Assembly (NCBI GenBank): GCA_965214915.1
Contig: CBDCCP010000001.1
Location: 2,130,898-2,194,897 of the forward strand
From: Bryobacterales bacterium
GTDB lineage: Bacteria; Acidobacteriota; Terriglobia; Bryobacterales; UBA6623
Length of the DNA stretch: 64,000 nucleotides
Direction of reading: 5' to 3'
How positions within the stretch are numbered: the stretch's first letter is position 1; every line of letters starts with the position of its first letter. The notes beneath the pieces were generated by a model, which saw nothing but the letters and a program-made list of their open reading frames with translations, was not told where the DNA came from and did not search any database. A program made the position numbers and the translations under genes. Below, piece after piece: positions 63,920 through 64,000 of the stretch.

Positions 63920-64000
63920 CCTGAGGCTATTCTAGCCTGCATTTCCGGGCGGGGGCGGCTAGGCCAGCCACTCCATCTCCGGCCCCTCGACTTCGCGGCA

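Noticed and set aside
63960-64000. Possible 3' end of a minus-strand gene at the window edge (...REVEGPEMEWLA, TAG at 63960-63962)
   Set aside because: Only 13 codons are visible, too few to support a call.
1-64000. Search by eye for CRISPR arrays, rRNA, integrase or att sites at the tRNAs, toxin-antitoxin pairs, reverse transcriptases and in-frame TGA selenocysteine candidates (ArsS, thioredoxin-like genes)
   Set aside because: I found no spaced direct-repeat array, no integrase next to either tRNA, no RT or small paired ORFs of TA type, and no interrupted frames needing TGA read-through. This absence is based on visual inspection only.

Overview
This is a high-GC bacterial chromosome segment with strongly GC-rich third codon positions, so long spurious antisense ORFs are common. 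The gene content includes CarboxypepD_reg-type giant TonB-dependent receptors, a VWFA-related Acidobacterial-domain protein, a DUF1592/DUF1552 pair and many Cys-type sulfatases. From this I infer an Acidobacteriota (Bryobacter/Solibacter-like) origin, but I could not run a search to confirm it. I call about 55 CDS, 2 tRNAs, 1 intrinsic terminator, 1 IS element, 2 gene remnants and one short dispersed repeat. I saw no rRNA, CRISPR array, prophage or recognisable defence system. The core content is housekeeping (xseA, glmM, fused lptF/G, Trm112, CvpA, tRNAs). It is interleaved with accessory blocks: a DUF1592-DUF1552-ankyrin-esterase operon, an ArsS pair, a methyltransferase next to GT2/UPF0104 genes, a decaying E1-lipoyl-RhaT operon, and a sulfatase/GH42 cluster bounded by rearrangement scars. 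The observations most worth a second look are: (1) two genes that have both lost their 5' ends abut head-to-head near 49.13-49.26 kb. (2) A DASS permease sits between tRNA-Glu and tRNA-Phe, its ATG shares a base with the tRNA CCA end, and a terminator appears only after the second tRNA. (3) A tightly coupled four-gene operon links the unknown-function DUF1592/DUF1552 pair to a secreted ankyrin protein and an esterase. (4) A Tat-exported tandem acetoacetate-decarboxylase-fold protein keeps the motif lysine in only one half. (5) A ~65-nt repeat sits directly after two stop codons. All family assignments come from motif recognition by eye. No BLAST, HMM or covariance-model search was possible.
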